DNA from: a virus
Taxonomy: Duplodnaviria > Caudoviricetes
Virus record (IMG/VR): IMGVR_UViG_3300005512_000103
Span: 1 to 38,991 of that record
Strand: one strand, 5' to 3'
DNA: 38,991 nt
Shown here one piece after another: positions 25,324 through 34,515 of the stretch (its first letter is position 1; each line of letters begins with the position of its first letter). The translations under genes were made by a program, and so were the position numbers. The notes below the pieces were generated by a model, which had not been told where the DNA came from, did not search any database, and worked only from the letters and a program-made list of their open reading frames with translations.

Positions 25324-26289
25324 TTAGGCGACGATGACGCCCTGAAGGGCGCGGTTGCTGTAGGACATGTTTCCCGCGAACGCGATCAGCTTGACCATCG
25401 CGTCCTGGTTCACGGCGAAGCGGTCGGGATCGAGCGGAACCATGTTCCGCGCCGAATGCGGCCGCCATTTCATGTACTTCGTGTTGAGGAAATACATGTG
25501 CGAGGACGGCGCATAGCCGCCCTGTCCGCCGTCGAAGAAGACATCGGCGCCCATGAACTTCAGGTTCTCGAAACCGGCTTCCGCCATCTTCGAGTTGCTG
25601 AAGCGCTGCTGTGCCTGCAGCGATTCCCAGTAGTAGCGGAAGTACGTGTTGTCCGCCGGGATCAGGTCGGGGCGATCCGTGTTCCGCGAGCATTGCAGGA
25701 ACAGTTGGTTCATCGCCGACTGGATCGTGGTCGGACCCGCCGTCACCGAGTTCGAACTGAAGTCGTACACCTGGTTCTGCCACCACGAGTAGGTGGAAGA
25801 ATCGATGCCGCCGACAGTGCCGAGGCCGGTATCGGCCACGCCGAGTTGAAGCCCGCCGACCTGCTTGCCGCCATCGGCGGTGCCGTTCGAGTACTGGTCG
25901 GAGGCGAGGTTCTGCAGAAGCGTCTGCTCCGCGTTCTCGATACGGGATTCGAGAAGGTCGATGACCGCCTCGTCGCCCGCGTTCTGAAGCTGTTCCAGCC
26001 CAGACATCGTGATCGCGACAGCCGCCTGCTTGATCTCGTACTCCGCCGCGTCGAACTGAGCGGTCGGCGAGATGTTGAGGGTCTCATAGCCGGAATAGCG
26101 CTTGTAAGTGCTGTTCTCGGCGTACGCGATTTCCTCGGTGATGTTCCGGCCGCCGGAGAAGGTCTTGATCTTGCCCCCCTGCTTGAGGCGGAACATCAGA
26201 GCGGTGCTGTTGGAAAAGTTATCCGCCAACTTCCCGCTCCGACGCCGAAGCGTCGTGGCGACGATGTCGCCAAGATTGGGATTTGCCAC
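25324..26289 (-). CDS. major capsid protein
   Basis: ATTL..RSGKLADN, YSGYETL, GTVGGID.ST..WWQNQ, YFLNTKY; follows scaffold. Confidence 0.9.
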   Translation of the reverse strand: MANPNLGDIVATTLRRRSGKLADNFSNSTALMFRLKQGGKIKTFSGGRNITEEIAYAENSTYKRYSGYETLNISPTAQFDAAEYEIKQAAVAITMSGLEQLQNAGDEAVIDLLESRIENAEQTLLQNLASDQYSNGTADGGKQVGGLQLGVADTGLGTVGGIDSSTYSWWQNQVYDFSSNSVTAGPTTIQSAMNQLFLQCSRNTDRPDLIPADNTYFRYYWESLQAQQRFSNSKMAEAGFENLKFMGADVFFDGGQGGYAPSSHMYFLNTKYMKWRPHSARNMVPLDPDRFAVNQDAMVKLIAFAGNMSYSNRALQGVIVA

Positions 26290-26326
26290 GTTTTAGCTCC
26301 TCTATGGCAGAGGAGAGCGGCAGGAA

Positions 26327-27457
26327 TCAGCCCCTCCAGGCCCGGCGAATTTCCTCGCCGACCGAGCCCACAGGCCCGTCGCCAGTATCGGCGCCCATCG
26401 AACCAGCCACCGTGACACCCTTGCGTCGAGCCTCCGCCGCCGCCGCTTCCGCTGCCTGCTTGCGCTTGGCCTCTTCGGCCTTGCGCTGCTCGGACAACAT
26501 GCGCGAACGGGTTTCGGAATTGGCCCACGCCGCACGGTCGTACGCGGCGGACAACAGTTCCGCGTTGGACGCCTGCGGCTGCTGCTGCCGGAGCATCGCC
26601 ACCAAGGGCTTCATGTCGTCGAACACGGTGTCGAAATGAGGGTGCGCAAGGTTGCCCTGTGCATCCCGCTCTTCGGCGAACCGTTGAATCTCCGACACGG
26701 TCTCTTGATGCCGCTGGATCTCCACAGCCTGCTGCTGGGTGGTCATATTGCCGGTGATGGACCCCAGTTGCTTCTGGATCGGGTCCAAGACCTCCTGAAG
26801 CTTCTGGTTCATCATGACGACAAGAGGGTCTTCCACTTCCTGCGACTGCTCTCCATGAAGTTTGGAAAGGTCGACCCCGGACTGCTTCGCCAAGTACTTG
26901 ATCGCGTCTTCCGGCTGGGTGTCGAGCGCGTTCGCGATGGCTGCCCACTGGCCGATCATCTGGCCAAGGTTGCCTTCGTTCACGCCCACCATCCGCAGTC
27001 TCGGCATGTACGGCGCCAAGGCTTGATCGATAGACTGGACACGGGTTTGATACTGCCTCGCGGCCTGAGACACCTGCTGCAAGAGCGCGTCCCGTTCGCT
27101 CTCCCGGTGCGCGATCACCTTTCGCGCTTCAGGTGGGAGCGTCTTGAACACCTCCTTGTCAGCGGCCGACCACGACTGCGGGGCCTCAATGACCTCGCCG
27201 CCGGTCTCTTGGCCGGGGAATTCTGTGGGGGCCTCTACAGCCGGAGGCGCTTCGGCCTCTACGGCTGCGGGCTCTTGTTCATCTTCCGAGGGCTTCGCGG
27301 CGAATCTGCCGTGCTCGTCTCGGGCGCGGTCCGGTGCGTCGGCTGCCGGCTCGGGCGCTTCGCTCTCGGGCGCGGGCTCGTCCGTCGTGGCGCCCTCATC
27401 GGGCTCTCGGGACAGTTCCTCACTCAAAATCTCTCGAATGCTGTCTGGCATGCTCAA
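26327..27457 (-). CDS. scaffolding protein
   Basis: Acidic N-terminus, RDEHGRF, APQSW, HPHFD.V, AYDRA.WAN. Confidence 0.8.
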   Translation of the reverse strand: MSMPDSIREILSEELSREPDEGATTDEPAPESEAPEPAADAPDRARDEHGRFAAKPSEDEQEPAAVEAEAPPAVEAPTEFPGQETGGEVIEAPQSWSAADKEVFKTLPPEARKVIAHRESERDALLQQVSQAARQYQTRVQSIDQALAPYMPRLRMVGVNEGNLGQMIGQWAAIANALDTQPEDAIKYLAKQSGVDLSKLHGEQSQEVEDPLVVMMNQKLQEVLDPIQKQLGSITGNMTTQQQAVEIQRHQETVSEIQRFAEERDAQGNLAHPHFDTVFDDMKPLVAMLRQQQPQASNAELLSAAYDRAAWANSETRSRMLSEQRKAEEAKRKQAAEAAAAEARRKGVTVAGSMGADTGDGPVGSVGEEIRRAWRG

Positions 27458-27750
27458 AGTCCATGTTGCCGAAGGGCTGTTCGAAGATCGTCACGAACCG
27501 GGGGGTGACTGGCCTTGCGCTCTGGCAAAGGATCGTTGCCCCGCGCCACCAAGTCGTGCGCCCGGCAGTAGTCGCGAAGCTGCCGGCGACCCCCAATAAC
27601 CGGCATGTCCGGCGTGGCGACGGACCGGAACGGCTCGATGTCACGAATGATCTGGAGCCCGGCCCCGACAGGCGGGTGCTTTGCGAAATACTCCTCTCGC
27701 GGAATCCAATCCCTCGCGTCCGTGTCCCAAATGAATCGCCCTCGCATCAA
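27454..27750 (-). CDS. hypothetical head-module protein
   Basis: DIEPFRS.....I.GR...R......GN motif; coupled to neighbours. Confidence 0.65.
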   Translation of the reverse strand: MMRGRFIWDTDARDWIPREEYFAKHPPVGAGLQIIRDIEPFRSVATPDMPVIGGRRQLRDYCRAHDLVARGNDPLPERKASHPPVRDDLRTALRQHGL

Positions 27751-29837
27751 ACCACCTGCCCCTGGTTCATGACCTTCGCCGTTTGGATTTTCTGGTTCCC
27801 GAGCGCGGTTGCCATCTTCAGCGACAGATCGCCCTCAACCTGCTTTTCCTTGATCGCCAACTCTCCCTGATCCCGCTGCGCCTTGCGCTGCAGATCCGCC
27901 ATATCCGCCTCGGACTTGGCTTGAACCTTCGCCATCTCCGCCGCATTCGGGTCCGGCTGCGGCTGTTGCTGGCGATTGCCCAACTTCTCCACCGTCTCCT
28001 CGAACGACGCCTCCAACTGACGCCCCGCCCGGAAGCCCCGTATGCCGAACAGCAGCATTTCGCCCAGCAGCGAGCCCATCTCTGGAACCTGCATCGCCAT
28101 CGGCACCGCCTGTTGCAAGAAGCCGCCGGCAGCCTGAAGGAACTCGACGCGGTCTTGGCGCTCCTGTTGTTCGTCAAGGACCAGCGTGGAGTCGGTCTCG
28201 ATATCGATAGCGAACGTCCGCGCCGGGTCGTTCCGCATGAACTCCATCACTTCGTCGATGGACGGCTTTTTCAGAACGTCCTCGATCTCCGGCGGCAACG
28301 GCTGCTGCATCTGCTGCGCTTGCTGCGCCATTTGCTGTGCCTCGGCTTTTTCCTGCGCGCTCGGCAGGCTCAAGCCGGTCATAAACTCCATCGTCTGCGG
28401 CTGAAAATGCTCGGCGATGATCTCCCCGGTGATGGCGATCAGATCCTTGGCAAACCGCTGCACCTCGCCCTGGGCGTTTTGAAGCCGGAGCGTGCCGAAC
28501 TGGCCCTTGATCTGCTGCGCCGTCGCCGTCTCGCCGGGGTCCGTCGCACCGCGCATGATGTCCGATAGGCCGGAGACCTCGAACAGCGTGGCCTTCAGGT
28601 TGGCCTCCGCCTCGTACAGCCCCTTGATGACGGCGATCACCATGTCGATGGGGAAGAAGTCGACGGCGCCCTTCATCCCGCCGTTTTGCGCGTACATCGC
28701 CCAACTGTCCGCCGGGATCAGCCGGTTTTCGCTGTCCGTCGTCAGTAGCTGCTCAATCGCCGAGTTTTCCTTGTCGTAGACGCCTCGAACCGCAAGCGAA
28801 GTCAGCAGCAGCCGGCGGCGCTCCATGATCTCGTCAAGCTCGTCCGCCAGATCCCGGTATTGCAGATAGTCGGCGACCGGAAACATGGTGCCATTGGTCA
28901 TTGTGGCGAAAATCGGGCGCGGGCACGGGAAGAACCGCCGCAGTTTCAACGGGTCCGGCGAGACCTTCAGCGCCCGATCTTTCAAAGTCGGCGAGACGAA
29001 GATCTGCTTGCGCGTCGTCTTGTCCCAAATCTCGTAGACCTTCGCGCGCTTGAATACGTCGGTCTTGTCCTTGTCACCCTCGTTCACGTCGCGGGGGAGT
29101 TCGTCGTACTTCAAATTCTCCGCGATATCCGCCCCGAAGCGCTCGGCGACCTCATCCCTGGTGTAAAACCAGACCCGCCACACCGCGCGAACCTCGTTCC
29201 ACGTCCGTGCGACGGTGTGGCCGAAATCCTTCCAATACACGTAGTCGTGGTGAACCTCTTCGTAGACCAGCTCGGACGACATGCGCTCGACATAAGGGCC
29301 TTCGTCGTCGGTCTCGTATTTGTCGACGGCGTCGCCCTCGGGGTCGAGGTAGGAGCCCTCTTGCTCGACCAAGCCGACCCGCTCGGCGATCTCCCGTTCA
29401 TGCGGCTCGTACCGGCACCAGACCACCCCGCGCCCCGGCAGCAGCCGGTCCTGCACCGCCTGCTCGACCGCCGTATGGTACAGGCCGTCGTCGACCGCGA
29501 ATTCTATGGCGCGCTCCAGCATCATCGCCGCCATCTTGGCGACCGCCGTTGCGTTGTCCTTGTTCCGCAGGTCGGCTACCGGCTTCGGACGCCTCGCATA
29601 CAGCGCGGGGGCCAGAACCTGGACGTTTGACCAGAGAATGTTGTAGCGGCTGGTCTGGTCGTTCTCGCTGGGCCGTTCGTCACGGTAGCGCTTAACGACC
29701 TTCTCGCCGCTTTCCCTGAAGGATTTCGCCGCCTTCTCATAGCGCTCAATCTCTCGGAGCCACAGCCTGACAATGGCCGTGTCATCCTTACCAAGATCGG
29801 ATGCGCTTTCGATGGCTGGCCCGTCGGCTCCACTCAT
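27747..29837 (-). CDS. portal protein
   Basis: 696 aa after terminase; NILWSN, FFPCPRP, G.SDIMRG, ETATAQ.IK, IDIETDS. Confidence 0.88.
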   Translation of the reverse strand: MSGADGPAIESASDLGKDDTAIVRLWLREIERYEKAAKSFRESGEKVVKRYRDERPSENDQTSRYNILWSNVQVLAPALYARRPKPVADLRNKDNATAVAKMAAMMLERAIEFAVDDGLYHTAVEQAVQDRLLPGRGVVWCRYEPHEREIAERVGLVEQEGSYLDPEGDAVDKYETDDEGPYVERMSSELVYEEVHHDYVYWKDFGHTVARTWNEVRAVWRVWFYTRDEVAERFGADIAENLKYDELPRDVNEGDKDKTDVFKRAKVYEIWDKTTRKQIFVSPTLKDRALKVSPDPLKLRRFFPCPRPIFATMTNGTMFPVADYLQYRDLADELDEIMERRRLLLTSLAVRGVYDKENSAIEQLLTTDSENRLIPADSWAMYAQNGGMKGAVDFFPIDMVIAVIKGLYEAEANLKATLFEVSGLSDIMRGATDPGETATAQQIKGQFGTLRLQNAQGEVQRFAKDLIAITGEIIAEHFQPQTMEFMTGLSLPSAQEKAEAQQMAQQAQQMQQPLPPEIEDVLKKPSIDEVMEFMRNDPARTFAIDIETDSTLVLDEQQERQDRVEFLQAAGGFLQQAVPMAMQVPEMGSLLGEMLLFGIRGFRAGRQLEASFEETVEKLGNRQQQPQPDPNAAEMAKVQAKSEADMADLQRKAQRDQGELAIKEKQVEGDLSLKMATALGNQKIQTAKVMNQGQVV

Positions 29838-30145
29838 GTGGAGTACAGAACCGTGCAGCTATCGCAACTCGACAGCGTTGCGTGGATGTCTGTCCCGCAC
29901 ACGATCCCCGCACCGGGGACGGTGTACTGACCGACCGTATTGTCCGCGCCGAGCGGGAACGTAAACTTGACCGTCCCGCTGGAACCTCCATCCTTCAAGA
30001 CAACCGAGCCCGAGGCGGAACTGGACTGCGCGATGATGCCCCGGATGCGCGCCGCGCCGCTGTAGATCGTGCCGGTGCTGGTCACGTTGCCGGACGAACA
30101 CGGCCCGCTTTCCATCGCCTGGAACTCATTGAGCGTACCCACCAT
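29834..30145 (-). CDS. small hypothetical (likely virion) protein
   Basis: Between terminase and portal; GGAGG RBS. Confidence 0.6.
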   Translation of the reverse strand: MVGTLNEFQAMESGPCSSGNVTSTGTIYSGAARIRGIIAQSSSASGSVVLKDGGSSGTVKFTFPLGADNTVGQYTVPGAGIVCGTDIHATLSSCDSCTVLYST

Positions 30146-30146
30146 C

Positions 30147-31664
30147 TCACCACCTCCGCCTGCCGGCCTTGCGCTCGTGAGCGCGCCAAACCTCGTTAAT
30201 CGTCACGTCTCGAATATCTCTGGCGGGGACCGTCGGCTTGCCCACCGTCACGTATGGCCGCGACATGCAGGCGTAGCGCGTCTCATCGCCCGCGTGGTCC
30301 TCGGCCTCGGTGTCCACGTCTTCCGGCTTCGATTGGTCGTGCTGCAAGGCCGGCAGGGTGCGGATGGTGTCGAGGCAACTGCTGAAGATCAGCAGCCCCG
30401 GCCCGTCCTCGTTGCCCTTCAGCCGCGCCCGCAATTGGTCCCAGCCGCCCATGGCGCCACCACGGGCGATCCGCGCGTTATCCGCACGGCGCCACGACCT
30501 GCATCCGGCTTTCACCATGCGCTCGATCATCGACGGCCCGCCATCAGCGGTGAACATCGCCGGATCGGCCACGCCGTAATTGATGTCGTCACCGGCTTCC
30601 CGGTCCGAGATGCCCTTGCCCACCTCTTCGACCGTCATCTTCAGGCCGACGTTGTTGTGGTTCTGCGCCCCGTACCACTCCCGGTATTTGACCAAGGCGC
30701 CCCTCGGGATATCGCTTGCCCTGAACGTGCCGGGCACATCACCGGGCTCCTGTCCGTCCGAGACCGCGTACCAACCAACACAGAACGGCTTGGCCGACCC
30801 CCAGTCCATCGCCCGGAACCGGGTCCAATGCTCCGGCAAGGCGCGCGCCTCGATGACGTGCCGCGCCATGCTGAACTCGGGGAAGAACGCCCCCTCGACC
30901 ACGGACCAGTCGCCGTCCTTCAGCGCCTTCACCAGTGCCGGGCTGCCCGATCCCGACAATTTCCCCTCATATCCAGGGTCGTCCTCGGACAGCGAAGGGT
31001 TATCCGCCATCTTCGCCGGGATGAACTGCCGGAGCATGCCGCCTTCATCCTGCGCCATCGACCGCATGTCGAAAGGCGCCGCCCCATCAATCCACGCCGC
31101 TTTGACCCAGTGGTGCCCGATATTGCCGGGGTTTGACCCGCAAAGGATGCGGGGGAATGCCCCACGATAGACCTCCGGCAGCGCCAACCCGACAGCACGA
31201 ACGCGGGTCCGCAAGAACCGGTAAATGACCTCCGTGAAGTGCGTTAGCTCATCAATCATCAAGACGTGTATTTCGGCGCCCTGATATTTGAAGCGGTCCT
31301 TCTCGTCCTTACAGTGGCAAAGATAGATCTTCGATCCGTTCCAAAACCGAATCTCACCTTCAATGATGTCGACGAACCCGGCGTTCGCCCATGGGGCCAG
31401 CATCGCCCGAAAACCCTTCGGCCCCTCGACATGGTTCTTCACCAAGTCATCGCTGATGCGGCGGAACAGATAGACCTGCAACCCCGCGATCTGCGCGCAC
31501 CAGATCGCCGCCGCCACGCGCATAAGGTACGACTTACCGCCGCCCGCCGCGCCACCGTACAGGACCTCCGTCGCCCGCGTCATGAAGGCGTCGCCCTGCC
31601 TGGGCCATAGATGCAGGTCTAGGTTCGCCTTCGGGGCGCCCGCTCGGCTCGCCAGCGTCGACAC
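30147..31664 (-). CDS. terL: terminase large subunit
   Basis: Walker A YGGAAGGGKS, Walker B LMIDE, SNPG..GH.WVK, nuclease MDWG and DHAGDETRY. Confidence 0.95.
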   Translation of the reverse strand: MSTLASRAGAPKANLDLHLWPRQGDAFMTRATEVLYGGAAGGGKSYLMRVAAAIWCAQIAGLQVYLFRRISDDLVKNHVEGPKGFRAMLAPWANAGFVDIIEGEIRFWNGSKIYLCHCKDEKDRFKYQGAEIHVLMIDELTHFTEVIYRFLRTRVRAVGLALPEVYRGAFPRILCGSNPGNIGHHWVKAAWIDGAAPFDMRSMAQDEGGMLRQFIPAKMADNPSLSEDDPGYEGKLSGSGSPALVKALKDGDWSVVEGAFFPEFSMARHVIEARALPEHWTRFRAMDWGSAKPFCVGWYAVSDGQEPGDVPGTFRASDIPRGALVKYREWYGAQNHNNVGLKMTVEEVGKGISDREAGDDINYGVADPAMFTADGGPSMIERMVKAGCRSWRRADNARIARGGAMGGWDQLRARLKGNEDGPGLLIFSSCLDTIRTLPALQHDQSKPEDVDTEAEDHAGDETRYACMSRPYVTVGKPTVPARDIRDVTINEVWRAHERKAGRRRW

Positions 31665-31666
31665 GG

Positions 31667-32152
31667 CTACTCTTCGCTGGGCCTCGTCGCGCCGATGGTC
31701 AGGTTCACCACCGGGACCAACGCGGCGCCGTCTTTACCCGTGATCTCGGCGGAGACCTTGTCGCCGTATCGCTTCGGCTGAAGCTTCGACATCAGCCATT
31801 TGCGCGCATCAACACGCAATCTCGATCTCTGGATGTGCTCCCCGTTGGCTTCCCAAGCCTCGTTCGGGCCGTCCTTCTCGGATTTGCGCGCCATCCAATC
31901 GTTCGACCCGTCGTCCGCGATCTCCAGGATCTCTTCGGCCATGCGGTCGGATTGGGCCGCCCGCGCACGCGCGTACTGCTGAACAAACTCCTCGTGCCGC
32001 CGGAGCCAATTGTAAACGACGCGCTCCGACGGCATGTCCTCATCTTCACAGATGACCCTGACAGCCTCGCCGCCTGCGATGCGCTCGCAAATCACCTCCG
32101 CGATCTCTTCCGTGTAGCTCGACGGCCTACCCACTGACGCGACCTCCGTCAT
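31667..32152 (-). CDS. terS: terminase small subunit
   Basis: GRPSSYTEEIA..IC.RIA.GE, YARAR, DARKW.MSKL.PK.YGDK. Confidence 0.9.
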   Translation of the reverse strand: MTEVASVGRPSSYTEEIAEVICERIAGGEAVRVICEDEDMPSERVVYNWLRRHEEFVQQYARARAAQSDRMAEEILEIADDGSNDWMARKSEKDGPNEAWEANGEHIQRSRLRVDARKWLMSKLQPKRYGDKVSAEITGKDGAALVPVVNLTIGATRPSEE

Positions 32153-32192
32153 CCTCGGCAGCGCTTGCCGCCGCCCTTGCGTTTCTTGCCCA

Positions 32193-33353
32193 TCAGGCTG
32201 CCTCCACCATGAACACGCTGTCGCCGATCTCACTCACCGCAGTCCGTCCGCCCAGCCGGGCGTAGAGCATCAATACGTCGATGTGAGACGCGCTCATCTT
32301 CGCCCGCTCATAGGGGCCTCGCTCTACCTGTATCCCGGACAGGTTGATCTTGTGTTGCCGCGTGATGCCCGGCATGGACGCCATGTGCTCGGCAATGCGC
32401 TGGTGCGCGTCGCCGGAATGCCCGTGCGTCCATGTGTTCTCGGTGGACAGGGCCGCGTTGATCTCGTCCGCTGCGTCCTCGCCCGGCTTCAAGTCGTAGA
32501 CCGGGCGGCCAAGGACTTCCGCCTCTCGCCCCGACGTGCAGCCGGTGTGGACAACGACGCTCGCCGCTGCCATCCACGGCACTGGGGCGGTGTCTATGAC
32601 CACCCTCACCTTTCCCCCGGTAAGGAAGCCCCACGATTCCGGCTCTTCCGCCGGGTGCGGGCGGATGATCGCTTTCTTCAGCCGGACGGCAAGATCGCGG
32701 ACCGCCGCCATGTTAACCGCGTCGCGCTCAATGCACTCCATCACCAGCTCGCGCTTGCGGCGCGTTGCCAACCAATCGCCCTGTTGGCAAACCTCCAACC
32801 ACTTCGCCAGCGACCCGTGCCGAGTGTTGATGCTGGCGCAGTTTGTGTTGATGAGCGCGAAATCTCCGAACCGGCCTCGGATCTGCTCCGCTTCATCCAT
32901 CCACGCTTCCGGCATCCCCAACAGATCCACCCGAGGATTGCCTGTCTCAACGACGCTGGGCTGCATGACAGGCGGGTACATCTCCGTCTGCCCCGGCATG
33001 GCGTAAACCGCATTGAAGGGAAGATGCTGCAGCGTCAGCATCCCGTGGGCCATCGCCTCACCGTCCACGCTGGCGTCGGCCAAGATCAATTCCCGGTCGG
33101 CTAAGAACATCGCCTCTTCGTGGATCGCAACCGGAGTGTGGTCGTAACGGCTGAGATACACCGCGTTGTTCGTCTGCACTCGGTCGAGGCCCTTCATCAG
33201 AACCACGCCCGCCGGCAGGTCTTTGAGCGCTTTCACTAACAACCGCTGTTGGCCCACCACCGACGCTATGCCCCGCTCGGCGAGCGCCTTTGCGATCAAC
33301 AGCCGCGAAGCCAGTTCTCTATGTCGGTTCTCAACCAGCAGATACGCCGTCAC
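32193..33353 (-). CDS. surface-carbohydrate-biosynthesis family protein (TIGR04396-like, GT-B glycosyltransferase-like)
   Basis: E...REL.SRLL.A, HEE, TGNPR.DL, LINTN, IRPHP.E, VVH.GCTSG.EA..LG.P. Confidence 0.75.
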   Translation of the reverse strand: MTAYLLVENRHRELASRLLIAKALAERGIASVVGQQRLLVKALKDLPAGVVLMKGLDRVQTNNAVYLSRYDHTPVAIHEEAMFLADRELILADASVDGEAMAHGMLTLQHLPFNAVYAMPGQTEMYPPVMQPSVVETGNPRVDLLGMPEAWMDEAEQIRGRFGDFALINTNCASINTRHGSLAKWLEVCQQGDWLATRRKRELVMECIERDAVNMAAVRDLAVRLKKAIIRPHPAEEPESWGFLTGGKVRVVIDTAPVPWMAAASVVVHTGCTSGREAEVLGRPVYDLKPGEDAADEINAALSTENTWTHGHSGDAHQRIAEHMASMPGITRQHKINLSGIQVERGPYERAKMSASHIDVLMLYARLGGRTAVSEIGDSVFMVEAA

Positions 33354-33448
33354 GCGAACAACGCCCGCCGCTCGTTCCCGTCCGTCATCCTTCCTCCATA
33401 GGCGATAGGCCGCGCCCTGGATGGATGCAGCCGTGGTAGTGTGCTCTG

Positions 33449-33688
33449 TCAGGGGTCGCCGTGGGCCGCGTCGAGGATTGCGCGATAGACTGCACGGACC
33501 GCGGCGTCATCAGCACCAGACCAGCGGTCCAGCTCGGCGCCCAAGTGATTCCGAAGCGCCTCGACGCCAGCGGCCACCATGCTATCGGTCAGCACCTCCG
33601 GCAGAGAGACCACGCTGTCATCTCGCGGCGGCGACCCATACCAGATGATCTCGCTTGTCTCCGCGCGAATCTCGCCCCATCCCGACAT
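33449..33688 (-). CDS. hypothetical protein
   Basis: GGAGG RBS; LTDSMVAAG...AVYRA motif. Confidence 0.55.
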   Translation of the reverse strand: MSGWGEIRAETSEIIWYGSPPRDDSVVSLPEVLTDSMVAAGVEALRNHLGAELDRWSGADDAAVRAVYRAILDAAHGDP

Positions 33689-33701
33689 GCTTTCCTCCAT
33701 C

Positions 33702-33778
33702 TGGCCCGCCCGGCAGGGGTCGAACCTGCAACCTCGGGGCTCGGAACCCCGTGCTCTATCCAGTTGAGCTACGGGCGA
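33702..33778 (-). tRNA. tRNA-Arg(CCG)
   Basis: Cloverleaf; cgggg-tt-CCG-ag-ccccg; GTTCGA T-loop; encoded CCA. Confidence 0.9.
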
Positions 33779-33782
33779 AAGA

Positions 33783-33866
33783 TGGTGCGCTCTCCAGGAT
33801 TCGAACCTGGACCCCTGCGGGAACGGAGTTTGAGTCCGTCGCGTCTGCCGGTTCCGCCAAGAGCGC
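33783..33866 (-). tRNA. tRNA-Leu(CAA)
   Basis: acgga-ct-CAA-ac-tccgt; long variable arm; A73-CCA. Confidence 0.92.
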
Positions 33867-33871
33867 GTATC

Positions 33872-33945
33872 TGGAGCGGCCTATCGGAATCGAACCGATG
33901 TCCTCAGCTTGGAAGGCTGGTCCCTGGCCTCTCGGGCAAGACCGC
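33872..33945 (-). tRNA. tRNA-Gly(TCC)
   Basis: cagc-ct-TCC-aa-gctg; GCG start; U73-CCA. Confidence 0.88.
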
Positions 33946-34053
33946 GATGGTGTTATGGTCGGAGCGGCCCGAACCAAGAGGCTGGTACACTCAAGGTCGG
34001 GCCGGTCCAGGGCACCCCACCGGGCCGTTGTTCAGGCGTCCCCCGGCGGGCAG

Positions 34054-34130
34054 TGGTCGGAGCGGCTGGATTCGAACCAACGACATCCTGCTCCCAAAGC
34101 AGGCGCGCTACCGGACTGCGCTACACTCCG
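34054..34130 (-). tRNA. tRNA-Pro(TGG)
   Basis: C1-G72; cctgc-tt-TGG-ga-gcagg; A73-CCA. Confidence 0.93.
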
Positions 34131-34362
34131 ACAATCTGCGCGGGCCGGGGCACGGCCTCGAAAACCTAGCGCCCCCGGCGATGAATTGCAGACTGGCGGG
34201 GAAGCGGCGAGGCCCGCTGACAACGAACACCCCGCCGCACCCGACATCCCAAACCAAGAAGGCGCTGCCAGCACCAGAGACCGGGTCAGGACCGTGTCTC
34301 CTCTGGGCGCCGCGCCCCTCGAAACCGAGATCAAGCGCAATGCTCCAATCTCTATTACGTGC

Positions 34363-34391
34363 ACAATATCGGGTATTTCAGCCCCGCGCAA
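34363..34391 (-). promoter_or_regulatory. candidate late promoter (pR'-like position)
   Basis: TTGCGC-17 bp-TATTGT on minus strand, downstream of Q-like gene and upstream of tRNAs/terminase. Confidence 0.6.
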
Positions 34392-34515
34392 CCCCTAAAT
34401 CGGTTGCAACCTACGCTCTCCGCGACTAGAATTCGTTTGTGCGCTATGGGGATCGTTCTGGGAAGCTAGGCCCTCATAGACAAAGACCATGGGCCGGGCC
34501 TACGGGCGCCGGTCC

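Noticed and set aside
33969-34053. Theta/HDV-like ribozyme after tRNA-Pro
   Set aside because: Could not fit the P1/P3/L3 and J4/2 consensus by eye; left to cmscan
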